A stretch of DNA of 64,000 bases from a virus (Duplodnaviria; Caudoviricetes): IMG/VR virus record IMGVR_UViG_3300025154_000086, positions 1,895 through 65,894 of that record, one strand, 5' to 3'. The notes under the pieces are model-generated. The model was not told where the DNA came from. It saw nothing but the letters and a program-made list of their open reading frames with translations, and did no database searches. A program made the position numbers and the translations under genes. Of this stretch, positions 20,528-29,828 are shown one piece after another (the stretch's first letter is position 1; the number at the start of each line of letters is the position of its first letter).

Positions 20528-20981
20528 TTAAAAATCTTTCAAAAGTTATTTCATCCAAATAAGAGGCTCTCTTCCCCTTTTGCTGGTATTTCTCCCTTTG
20601 TCTGCAATCCCTAACCAATACGGTTCTATTCATCTTTTCTCTAAAAAACATATACCCGACTTGTCTTACATCTAAAACTGCTAATGCAAATCCATCAAAT
20701 TCTTTTGGGTCATATTGCCTTTTCCCACCTTTCCCCGCTCTTCTTATACCGAACTGATATACGGGCGTAACGTATCTTTGTTGGAGTATTCTTGGTCTTT
20801 GTGTCGCCTTAACTTGTAACTTTATCAACCGACCATTATAATCAACAACTATATCATAATTTATTCCTTGGTCAGTCAAAAAGCACTTAAATCCCTTTGA
20901 GATTAAGTCCACCATTACAAGATATTCACCGGCTCTACCAACATTTAATTCATTTGATTGATTTTCTATTCTGCCGTTCAT
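20487..20981 (-). CDS. PD-(D/E)XK endonuclease, homing-endonuclease-like
   Basis: GRAGE...YDIVV...LQVK motif. Confidence 0.75.
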   Translation of the reverse strand: MNGRIENQSNELNVGRAGEYLVMVDLISKGFKCFLTDQGINYDIVVDYNGRLIKLQVKATQRPRILQQRYVTPVYQFGIRRAGKGGKRQYDPKEFDGFALAVLDVRQVGYMFFREKMNRTVLVRDCRQREKYQQKGKRASYLDEITFERFLIDYEKSTKQNTVL

Positions 20982-21010
20982 TCCTAATTCCTAATTGACA
21001 ATTCGTAATT

Positions 21011-21048
21011 AAAAAAAGTGGTTAGTCACACATTACTACTAACCACTT
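21011..21048 (-). terminator. intrinsic terminator
   Basis: AAGTGGTTAGT/ACTAACCACTT stem plus a T run. Confidence 0.8.
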
Positions 21049-21065
21049 ACAATCGAACTAATGAA

Positions 21066-21530
21066 CTAAACAGTTGGTTTCCAAATGAACTGAAGCTTGC
21101 CTGTTAACGGAGTAGTAATTGTTGCAGTAGGATTAACTATTCTAAGAATAAGTTTTGTCCCGGCCGCTATTACAACCTCAGCCGCATCAAGCGTTAAAGT
21201 CGCAACATCGCCAACCGCCGCGCCTGCTAAAACAATTGCACCGCTAACGCCAACAATGTCGGTGCCCGCTAACAATTTTACTTCCGGTTCGTTGCTTGTA
21301 CCGGTATTAACAGCAGTGGTGATGAACTTTGCCTCAAGTATTTCTAACTTGCACGGCGCTACAAAGATGTGCTCGTTTGTAGTTACGCCCGTTGCGCCCG
21401 CTGCCAATGCGGCCGAAACGTTTACATAAGGAAGATTCTGCAAAAGGTCTAACGCTTTTACAGTGTCTCCTTGATTCATAAAGTCCTTTGCTAAAACTTG
21501 AGCATTGGTTAATAGGGGGAATTGTGCCAT
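21066..21530 (-). CDS. putative capsid decoration protein
   Basis: 154 aa, Ala/Thr/Gly-rich beta-type sequence, strong RBS, own terminator. Confidence 0.5.
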   Translation of the reverse strand: MAQFPLLTNAQVLAKDFMNQGDTVKALDLLQNLPYVNVSAALAAGATGVTTNEHIFVAPCKLEILEAKFITTAVNTGTSNEPEVKLLAGTDIVGVSGAIVLAGAAVGDVATLTLDAAEVVIAAGTKLILRIVNPTATITTPLTGKLQFIWKPTV

Positions 21531-21615
21531 GGTCTTTCTCCTTTTAGAGTTTTGTTGTTTGTTATGTTAATTCATATAAATTCTTATATGTTAACTTAAA
21601 TATTCTTTCTTCCTT

Positions 21616-21924
21616 TTACAATAAAAAAGTTTCATCCCTCTTCTTTTTCTTCAAAATTATTTTCCTCGTTATCTTTGTGCCCTTCGTTATGGTTGCATCC
21701 GTTCCATCAATATCAACACCATAATCTTCTTTAATTATTCTTTTTAATTGTTCGGTTAAGCCTTGTAATGGTGTAAAAACAATATCATTCTCCTGCCCCT
21801 CTATTGGTTCTGTATGCGGATTCCCCTCTATGATACTTTTGGGGATCTTATTTGGAAATGCTTTGCAAGTTAACCCTACAGCATTTTTCCCGTGTTCACA
21901 ACAAGCGCAAATTGGAAGATACAT
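21616..21924 (-). CDS. small Cys/His protein (CxAFPxxIP family), possible partner of the upstream enzyme domain
   Basis: CACCEH...CKAFPNKIP...H..P motif; translationally coupled. Confidence 0.6.
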   Translation of the reverse strand: MYLPICACCEHGKNAVGLTCKAFPNKIPKSIIEGNPHTEPIEGQENDIVFTPLQGLTEQLKRIIKEDYGVDIDGTDATITKGTKITRKIILKKKKRDETFLL

Positions 21925-24900
21925 TACTTCTCCTTCTGTTTATTATAAAATTCCATGAGTATTCTCTTAGTTATCTCATTGCCTTGCCCCGCATAATCAA
22001 TTATAAATGCACAAGCCTCCTCATCCATTTTATTGTTCTCAGCATATTTACAAATTAAGTGTGCATCTTCACTCGCCGTTCCTTCTTTTGAAATTTTATT
22101 AATATAATCGGTATCATAATTTATGTGTTGTAAAATATGGGCGAACTCATGCGTTATGATTATTTTTACCGGTGTCAATCCAACTTTGGGTAAAAATCCA
22201 AACTCTATTTGTTGTTTTATCCTTACTTCGAAATCTGATTTGTTCCGAAACTTTCCGGCATCAAGATATAATGTTAGCCCCTCATCTTCCATCCTTTTTA
22301 CAAATGCTATTGGACTTTTCCCCGTGCCGGGGATTGATATAGAAAACGCCTTTATAGTAATCTTTTCTTTAATTTTATCTACACCATACATTTCGCAAAG
22401 TTTGTTGAAAGCTGATACAACTTCACTTGCCAACTCTTTATCAATTTCTTTAATGCTCGGGTGAATAAAATTCTCCGTCTCCGTTTGCGGCACTTGCTTT
22501 TTGTTTTTCTCTTCACTACTTTTCGTCTGTGCTTCGGCACGTTTATCACTGCCTAAGTCATCCGCTCCGCTTTTGGCGTTCGGCTCTGTCTTAAGCAATT
22601 GTGGTTTGCTTTCATTTGTAGCTGATGTTTCCGAGGAAACATCAGCTTTTTTTTCTTCTATCTTCTCATTAATAAAGTCTATAATTTCTTCCGCCGTTGC
22701 ATCTTCATCAAAATGATATTCGTTAGGTATTTCATTTTCGGATCGACCAAACCGCTTATACGTTGGGTCTTGGTTGGCAATAACAATAGACAAACCTGGT
22801 CTGTCCCCATCTCCACCAATACTATAATAGTTCCCCGTATGATTAGCAATTCTTAATCTCATAAATTCTATTGTATCCCCTTCTGTATCAAACTTTATTG
22901 GGACGTCAACATATTTCCCGCCGAACTTATTTTGTACATCACTTAATATTTCTTCCGTTGTTTCATTAATTGGCTTTATAGTTCTGCTATCAATAACGTT
23001 TCCCCCTCTGTTTTCATCATATTCAACAAAATTCGCCACACTTTTCTTGTCGGGGAATTTTTCTTCAAATTCATCTTGTGATAACGTCTCATATAGTTCT
23101 TGGAACTCTTTCAATTTCGCTTTATCAAAAGTTGGTTTATGCTCGTAGAGGTTTACATCCTGTTCTCTGTTTTCAAATCCTTCAACTCTATCACTATCGT
23201 CCAATTCTTTTAGTGCTTCCATTTTATCGTATCCCCAGTAATTTATTTCTGGATTTCCGTTTTCATCCGTCCAATTTTGCACTTCGTAAATCGGGAAATT
23301 TAATTGTTCAATTACATCTTTAACTTCATCATAAAATAATGGTTCGTCGCTTTTATCAAAATCGGATGGACGCGGCTTCCTTTTTGTTTTCGTAGCTATA
23401 ACAGCCCTTATCGATGGATCATTTTGCAACCCAAGTTCAACTCGTTTTTTATAAAGAGCAGAGTTTTTTGTTTTTGAATTAATCTCTCCTTTTGACTGTT
23501 TATCTTCTAATTCTTTCTTGAATTTATTATAAAGTTCTTGTTTGTTCTCACCCCCTTGTTTTTTGTCATTTGTTGTTTGTGTTTTGCTCTCTACGGCTTG
23601 CCATCTCTTCACCGCCGGGTTCTTCTTACTTGGCGCTAAAACATTCTTTGCCATGTCCATAGATTTCATAAAAACTTTTTTACCAAATATAAACATTTTT
23701 CTACTAATCGATTTCAACACATGCTGCGAATTATATTCTCTTTCTAAATCCGGGTATTTATCTAGAACTTCTTTGGGAATTTTATGCCCAACCTTAATCG
23801 CATCTCGTATTTGTTGTTTATATGCCTCTTCGGTATTTACTCCGTTTTGATATTTGGGTTTAAATATCCTTGCAAATGCCGCTTCCGGAGGAAGCCCGCC
23901 TGAAAACATATCCCCTTCCATGCTTAACTTATATTTACGGATAAAATCACTTATTACGTTTTTCTTTTCCTTCTTTCCGTTTTCCTTCGTTACTTCTCTT
24001 ATCGGGTCTGCTAATAGATCAAATAAAGCCAATTCTTCCTTACTCCCCTTCAACGGTTCAAATGCGTCATTGGCGGCTTGCTTAACAAAATCATCCGGCG
24101 ATTTAAAATTATCCTTAACCGCTTCATACTTCGCCAACATCTTTACCGCTTCCTGCAAGTGAGGAACAAGATCACCCGCTTTCCCCTTCAGCGCAAAAAT
24201 ATCACCAAGACTTTTAACCGTTCCCGCTCTTGCCGCTTCCGGTATCTTCTCAAAATGCTGGCTGCTCTCTCCCAATACCGATTGCGTAAGTATCTGCTTA
24301 ACCTTTTCTTTGTGCCCCGCATCCATCTTTCCGCTCTTCGGGTCAATATACAAGTGCGCTTCATTCTCCGGGATAATTTTCTTCTTCAATAACTCACCTA
24401 CTACATCCGGTCCGATCTCATCCAAATACTGGTTAAGCGATTCATGGTTACCCTTGGTAAACATATCGGCTAAATTATTTATCGTTGCGTCATCAATCCT
24501 CGTTGCCTTTCCCTTTGCTGCTTCCCGTTCCTCTGTAGCAAGCATTTGAGAAGTATTGCTTATCGCTCCTAATCGTTGCGCTTCCTTTTTATCAACATTC
24601 GTTCGCCTTACCAATACCGGCTGTTTCATCTTCTCAACATCATCGCGGCTAAAACCATACTTTTCAGCGTTCTTTAAAAGATCACTTCGGTATTTCTCAC
24701 TTTTATTATTTAATGCGATAGATAAATTATTCTCTGCAAAATCTCCATTCGCATATTCACTAACAAATTTTGATTCATCTGCACTTAATTTTCCCTCTTT
24801 AACAAGAACATCACTTCTACCCCCTCCAAGATTATTTTTGGCATATTTTATAGCGGATTCTTGCGTATCTTCTCTATGCGGCATTATCCGCTTCATCAAA

Positions 24901-27428
24901 TCGAAAATTTTCTTATCCGCATCTTTTGCACTTAAATTTTGTTTTTTCTCACTTCCGTTTTTATTCCCCATTTGTCCATAATGAAGTTGCACCCCCAATG
25001 CTCGCCCGTTCCCCGCAATTACGTTATAATCTTCGTCAACAATAGGTGCGCCGTCCTGGGCGGTCTTACTGTCGCTTAAAAAGTCAAAATTCGGATTCGT
25101 TGCTATCTTATTTATTTGTGCTATACTTTGCGGGGTGCTGCGGTCTCTATTCTGCGCGTCTGATATTGTGTAATCTTTGTTCGGCGTTCCATCCGTTTTA
25201 TGCGATGCAATTATTTCATCAGCTTCAACTATCTCATAACTTCCGCTCGTTACATCCTTATCATCGTTACCAAAATAAATCTTCACCGGGTCTAAATTAC
25301 TTATAATTCCCTTACTCTCTTTTGTCGGCTCAAACAAACCTTTCCCGTTAATCGTTTTCAACTCATCAAACGTTATACTTTTTTCATCTCCCCCTTCATG
25401 GTAGAAAACTTTATCTTTTGAAATATCCGTAATAGGTAAACGCTTTTCTCCCAACTGTAATTTCTTAACAGGTCCATCAATTGAAGTCTGCCAGCTCATC
25501 TTTTCCGGTTTAAACTCACTCTTTATCCTAAACGTTCTTCCTCCCGCTTCAATTTCTTTGCTCGCGTGAAATCTATTTGCCCCAATTTCAAAACCCCGCT
25601 CCTTATGCAACTTTTCAAAATCGGCAAAATCTTTTGTCCCTAAAACTTCCTTATTCTTTTTATCCCTTTCAGATTGCAATTCGGTTAATCGTTTCTTCTC
25701 CTCTTCGCTTTGCAAAGGCTCATCTTTTCTTCGCGTCCATCTGCTCGGTCTGCTTCCTCCCCGCTTCTCAAATCTTGCCCGTTCCTCTTCCGTATATTCC
25801 GGCTTAAAACTAAATGTTCGCGCCGGTTCTCTTACCGTTTCAATTCCATTCACCCCTCCCGATCTTTCAACTATAACATTCTTTCTCTCTTCGTCTCTTT
25901 GTTGTTTCAAATCATTATTATAATCTTTGTGAGAAAGGAACAATCCCCGTTCCTTGGTTTCTGCGTCTTCCAAACTGTACCCGTCATCCGTAATATCCCT
26001 AATTTTGTACTTCTTCCCCATAAAGTTCATAGTATAATCTTCTTTTCCGTCAACCATAAAACTAATATTCTGATCCTCCGGGTTGTAATTCCATCTTACC
26101 GTTCTAAGTCCGTTTTCTGTTTCAACGCGCTTTACCATTTCAAGATCGTTCTTTCGTCCAAATCCCGTTTTCTGTGCCGCGCTAACAAAATCTTTATACC
26201 CCGGCTGCTCTTCATAACTGATATTGTAATTATCCGCTCCTCCTTGACCTACTCTTCGCTCTGCTTCACCCTGGTAAACATCGCTATACTTGTTTAATCT
26301 GCCCTCTCCTCCGCCTTTGGCGGATTGCGGTTCGTATTTCTCCAACTGCTTTTCAAGATTGATCACCTTCAGCTTATTATCTGCCGTGTTTATTAATGCC
26401 GCTTTGCCCGTTATCCTCAATATCTTTGCATCATTCCCCTCATACTGTATCGTGTCTCCTTCCTTCATCAGTTGATGCTGCTTAACCTTTTCAACATGCT
26501 CTTTCTTGTTGATCACTTTCATTTCCCCGCCAAAATTTACCGCAAGCATATTTGTTGTGGTTTCCGTTATCCGGCCAAGTTTATTATCTTGTCTAACTAC
26601 ATCACCTACCTTAAAATCTTCTAACTGATAATCCGCGCTGCCTTTCGCGCTTTCTCCTTCAACAGATTTTCCGGCTTCATCTCTCCATTCCTTTTTACCG
26701 GAAGGAAGTTCATACAGATAAATATATCCGTCTCCATTCTTCGCCGGTTTACGTTCAAGATATTTGTGGTTTGGCTTCATTCCTCCCTTTGCGTTCCATG
26801 CCGTTCCACCTCCTGCTGACTGCCCACTGCTGACTGCCGACTGATTAATATTAAACACTTTCGGAGTTTTAAAAGCTACCGCAACTCCCTTAAACAAAAG
26901 TCTTTTTGAAATTGTTAAATTCGTTTCTGTAATTCCTTTTAACATCAACGTATTATTGAAAATCCCTTTTCCTTCAACCTTCGCCTCAACCTCTTTTCCG
27001 TTTATCGTTTTAATAAAGGTAACTATCTTTCCCTTTCTCAATACTCTGTCCGGATCAGTTAATACATCCCTAATAATTTCTCTCTCACTCTTCACCAATA
27101 CTTTCCCGGCAATCGTTTCAAACTTCCCCGATACTTTCATCTCTTCTTTATCTTCCGGCACCGCTTCGTGTTGGTCCAAACTCTTTAACAAAACATTATT
27201 TAGCTCTTCCCTTTTTAACCTTTTAAGCTCACTCCCCTTTTTAAGAATTACAAAATTCTTCGAATAATCCACAACCTTTCCAAAATTTGTGTTCATTCCC
27301 TTTTTTACACAATTTACCGGTTTACTATTCAGTAAATGCCCTGCATCATCGCGCGTAACAATGCAGTTACACTCAATAGACTTAGTAACAAATCCCCCCT
27401 CATAATCCGGTAATTTATATAAAAACAT
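21924..27428 (-). CDS. polyvalent protein with ddrB-like ParB domain and C-terminal zincin (HExxH) domain
   Basis: 1834 aa; IIASH, QNRDR, GAPIV and IAGNGR motifs; THEFAH; KOW-like repeats. Confidence 0.78.
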   Translation of the reverse strand: MFLYKLPDYEGGFVTKSIECNCIVTRDDAGHLLNSKPVNCVKKGMNTNFGKVVDYSKNFVILKKGSELKRLKREELNNVLLKSLDQHEAVPEDKEEMKVSGKFETIAGKVLVKSEREIIRDVLTDPDRVLRKGKIVTFIKTINGKEVEAKVEGKGIFNNTLMLKGITETNLTISKRLLFKGVAVAFKTPKVFNINQSAVSSGQSAGGGTAWNAKGGMKPNHKYLERKPAKNGDGYIYLYELPSGKKEWRDEAGKSVEGESAKGSADYQLEDFKVGDVVRQDNKLGRITETTTNMLAVNFGGEMKVINKKEHVEKVKQHQLMKEGDTIQYEGNDAKILRITGKAALINTADNKLKVINLEKQLEKYEPQSAKGGGEGRLNKYSDVYQGEAERRVGQGGADNYNISYEEQPGYKDFVSAAQKTGFGRKNDLEMVKRVETENGLRTVRWNYNPEDQNISFMVDGKEDYTMNFMGKKYKIRDITDDGYSLEDAETKERGLFLSHKDYNNDLKQQRDEERKNVIVERSGGVNGIETVREPARTFSFKPEYTEEERARFEKRGGSRPSRWTRRKDEPLQSEEEKKRLTELQSERDKKNKEVLGTKDFADFEKLHKERGFEIGANRFHASKEIEAGGRTFRIKSEFKPEKMSWQTSIDGPVKKLQLGEKRLPITDISKDKVFYHEGGDEKSITFDELKTINGKGLFEPTKESKGIISNLDPVKIYFGNDDKDVTSGSYEIVEADEIIASHKTDGTPNKDYTISDAQNRDRSTPQSIAQINKIATNPNFDFLSDSKTAQDGAPIVDEDYNVIAGNGRALGVQLHYGQMGNKNGSEKKQNLSAKDADKKIFDLMKRIMPHREDTQESAIKYAKNNLGGGRSDVLVKEGKLSADESKFVSEYANGDFAENNLSIALNNKSEKYRSDLLKNAEKYGFSRDDVEKMKQPVLVRRTNVDKKEAQRLGAISNTSQMLATEEREAAKGKATRIDDATINNLADMFTKGNHESLNQYLDEIGPDVVGELLKKKIIPENEAHLYIDPKSGKMDAGHKEKVKQILTQSVLGESSQHFEKIPEAARAGTVKSLGDIFALKGKAGDLVPHLQEAVKMLAKYEAVKDNFKSPDDFVKQAANDAFEPLKGSKEELALFDLLADPIREVTKENGKKEKKNVISDFIRKYKLSMEGDMFSGGLPPEAAFARIFKPKYQNGVNTEEAYKQQIRDAIKVGHKIPKEVLDKYPDLEREYNSQHVLKSISRKMFIFGKKVFMKSMDMAKNVLAPSKKNPAVKRWQAVESKTQTTNDKKQGGENKQELYNKFKKELEDKQSKGEINSKTKNSALYKKRVELGLQNDPSIRAVIATKTKRKPRPSDFDKSDEPLFYDEVKDVIEQLNFPIYEVQNWTDENGNPEINYWGYDKMEALKELDDSDRVEGFENREQDVNLYEHKPTFDKAKLKEFQELYETLSQDEFEEKFPDKKSVANFVEYDENRGGNVIDSRTIKPINETTEEILSDVQNKFGGKYVDVPIKFDTEGDTIEFMRLRIANHTGNYYSIGGDGDRPGLSIVIANQDPTYKRFGRSENEIPNEYHFDEDATAEEIIDFINEKIEEKKADVSSETSATNESKPQLLKTEPNAKSGADDLGSDKRAEAQTKSSEEKNKKQVPQTETENFIHPSIKEIDKELASEVVSAFNKLCEMYGVDKIKEKITIKAFSISIPGTGKSPIAFVKRMEDEGLTLYLDAGKFRNKSDFEVRIKQQIEFGFLPKVGLTPVKIIITHEFAHILQHINYDTDYINKISKEGTASEDAHLICKYAENNKMDEEACAFIIDYAGQGNEITKRILMEFYNKQKEK

Positions 27429-27439
27429 TCTTCTATTTC

Positions 27440-27889
27440 CTAATTCTTTGTAATATTTTGGATTTTTTGCGCTAACTCATGCTGCCCTATCAACACTAAG
27501 ATAATCGATACAATAACTCCCGCTAAAATTATTATCGGCAATAATTTTGAACTCCACCAATTCAACTTGCCTATCCCGCTCTTAAACCCGCTATCCATAT
27601 GGTCTGTAAGCTCTTCCCTAATTTTTTTTATTTCCGCCTTAAAACTTTCTTCCATCGCTTTTGTTTTCTTCACTCCATTGTCATAAAGTACCTGAAATAA
27701 ATCCTTCCTCTTCCATCCTACCTCTTTGCCGTCACTCCCGCCGTTTACAATGTAAATAAGATCAAATGAATCAAGTTTTTTCATAATCATATTGTGACTG
27801 TTCCTAATCTCTTCCTTAAACTCGTTGTAATCCGCTTTAAAGAATTCATTGTTAAATTCTTTTGTAAGTTCGTCTTTTCCATCCGCCAT
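27440..27889 (-). CDS. membrane-anchored protein (possible holin or lysis component)
   Basis: 149 aa with one C-terminal TM helix. Confidence 0.5.
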   Translation of the reverse strand: MADGKDELTKEFNNEFFKADYNEFKEEIRNSHNMIMKKLDSFDLIYIVNGGSDGKEVGWKRKDLFQVLYDNGVKKTKAMEESFKAEIKKIREELTDHMDSGFKSGIGKLNWWSSKLLPIIILAGVIVSIILVLIGQHELAQKIQNITKN

Positions 27890-27902
27890 TGCTTTGTTCC
27901 TT

Positions 27903-28298
27903 TCATAAAAACAATAAAATAATAAGTGAAGTGATTAGTAAACCGATCTTTAAAACCGGATGAGCAAAAACATCAAATGCGCTCGCGCTCTGTCCGCTTA
28001 TAAAAAAGATATTCTTATTTCGCGCAATGTTTATCGACCCGTCATAAGCTATCCAAAAAACTGAGGCTATTAAGAAAACCACCTTAACAGCCTCGCCTAT
28101 GCCAATCAAATAGAACGATAGGCAAAAACCAAACACTATTGCAAATATCCTCTCAAACAGTTGGAACCAATGCCAGAGCTTACTCAAAAACTTATCCCGC
28201 AAAATATCCGTTACCACGTAACGTTCTGCATATTCAAAACTTTCTGCCAAAGAAGCAAACAACACAAACAACAAACCTGTTATAATTGCCGGTATCAT
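27903..28298 (-). CDS. multi-TM membrane protein
   Basis: 131 aa, about four hydrophobic helices. Confidence 0.6.
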   Translation of the reverse strand: MIPAIITGLLFVLFASLAESFEYAERYVVTDILRDKFLSKLWHWFQLFERIFAIVFGFCLSFYLIGIGEAVKVVFLIASVFWIAYDGSINIARNKNIFFISGQSASAFDVFAHPVLKIGLLITSLIILLFL

Positions 28299-28488
28299 TT
28301 CTTTTTTCCCTTTCCCTTAATCGTTTGCGTCCCGTTCTTTACCTTTTTAACAATCCTCTTTCTCGGTTCATGCTTCTCAATTACAACCGGCTTAACTTCT
28401 TTACCGATATTCGGAAACAACCCCTTAAAAAACACTTTTATTTTATTCATTAATTTGTTCATAACGTTTTCCTTTCCACTTGCTACTT

Positions 28489-29538
28489 TTAACTAATGTT
28501 CTCTTCATGCCATTTTTCCCAAGCATCTTCATCCTCAACCCTCAGCCTTATTTGGTTGTTGCTATCAACCCATTGAAACTTAGGATTAAAATGCACCCAT
28601 CTGCATCTGCAATTTGGATGATCTGGAATCGCTGGCATTGAAAATTCATGATGTTCTTTATCGCGCAAATTATCTTCTTTGTTCCCTCTGTGCTTATCAA
28701 TACGTTTTCGATTGCTCGTACTCCGACCAAAATTATTCTTCCCCGCCCAAACTTCCGTTTCCCAAACATGCGCCCATTTCTCATATTCATCCCCTTTCAT
28801 GTTGCTGTAATCCGGCGGCGCGTTCTTCCTTACTTTGTACACCTGCCCGTTGATCACTTCCGTACAATGTCCGCAAGCGTCCGGCATGCTCATTCCAACA
28901 ACGTAATCACCTTCCGGTATCATCGATAAATAACCATTTGCAAAAATCGAATTCGCTTCGGTTATACATACTCTTTTCCAATTCCGGTTTAACTCCCCAA
29001 CATCATCCTTGCTCAGCTCACGGAGTTTTGTAATTAAGTCCTTTGCATCTCCATTTCTCTTAACATTTTCAACAAGCACCTCACGTACCGTCTGGATGGT
29101 GCTTTGCGTTGTGTTCGTCATCAGCACGGCGCTTTCCTCTACCGCCTGCTGTAATGCCATTGCCTCCTCAATACTAAGTCCGTACTGCTTTGCCGCATCA
29201 GTTACATATTTTGGTAAGCTGCTTAAATTTCCAAGTTTAAAAATTTGTCCGGTTAAATCAGTATGCGCTAAATATCTCCCCATCACATACGCGCGTAAAA
29301 GCCAAACCTTAGCCTCATTTATTCTTGTATTAAAAAAGGTGTTGATAAAAGAATCAACTTGCTGTAACTCCTCGGTTGTAAAAGTTGCCCGTGCGTCAAG
29401 GTTATAGTTCTTCTTCAGAAATGATGTTAGCTCTTTATAAAATTCATCGGGTGAAATAACCTCTTCAAAAAGAATTTGCTCAATCATTCCTAATTCTTTT
29501 AAATGCAGAATTTTTCCGTCAAGCGGCGAAATTAACAT
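28489..29538 (-). CDS. MuF-like head morphogenesis protein
   Basis: RVCITE, DACGHC and HPNCRC motifs; next to the portal. Confidence 0.8.
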   Translation of the reverse strand: MLISPLDGKILHLKELGMIEQILFEEVISPDEFYKELTSFLKKNYNLDARATFTTEELQQVDSFINTFFNTRINEAKVWLLRAYVMGRYLAHTDLTGQIFKLGNLSSLPKYVTDAAKQYGLSIEEAMALQQAVEESAVLMTNTTQSTIQTVREVLVENVKRNGDAKDLITKLRELSKDDVGELNRNWKRVCITEANSIFANGYLSMIPEGDYVVGMSMPDACGHCTEVINGQVYKVRKNAPPDYSNMKGDEYEKWAHVWETEVWAGKNNFGRSTSNRKRIDKHRGNKEDNLRDKEHHEFSMPAIPDHPNCRCRWVHFNPKFQWVDSNNQIRLRVEDEDAWEKWHEENIS

Positions 29539-29828
29539 TACTCAACTCCTCCCAAATATCCTTCGGCTTCGCGTAATATCCATTCTACTTCACTTGCATT
29601 TATCCCGGTTTTATCCGAAACTTTCTTAACCATTTTAAGATATTTTTCTTCCGATATCGTTTCTCTCTTCACCTCTCGCTCTGCTCCCGTTCCTTCCTCT
29701 TTCTTTATCGTTGCAATTATCGGCTGCCCAAACACACAGTTAGAATAATGAAAATTATTCACCGTTCCCTTTGTTTCAATCCCCTCTACTTCTAAAACAG
29801 TCTGCCCCCAAATTTTAATTTTTATCAT
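29538..29828 (-). CDS. hypothetical protein
   Basis: 96 aa, overlaps both neighbours. Confidence 0.6.
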   Translation of the reverse strand: MIKIKIWGQTVLEVEGIETKGTVNNFHYSNCVFGQPIIATIKKEEGTGAEREVKRETISEEKYLKMVKKVSDKTGINASEVEWILREAEGYLGGVE

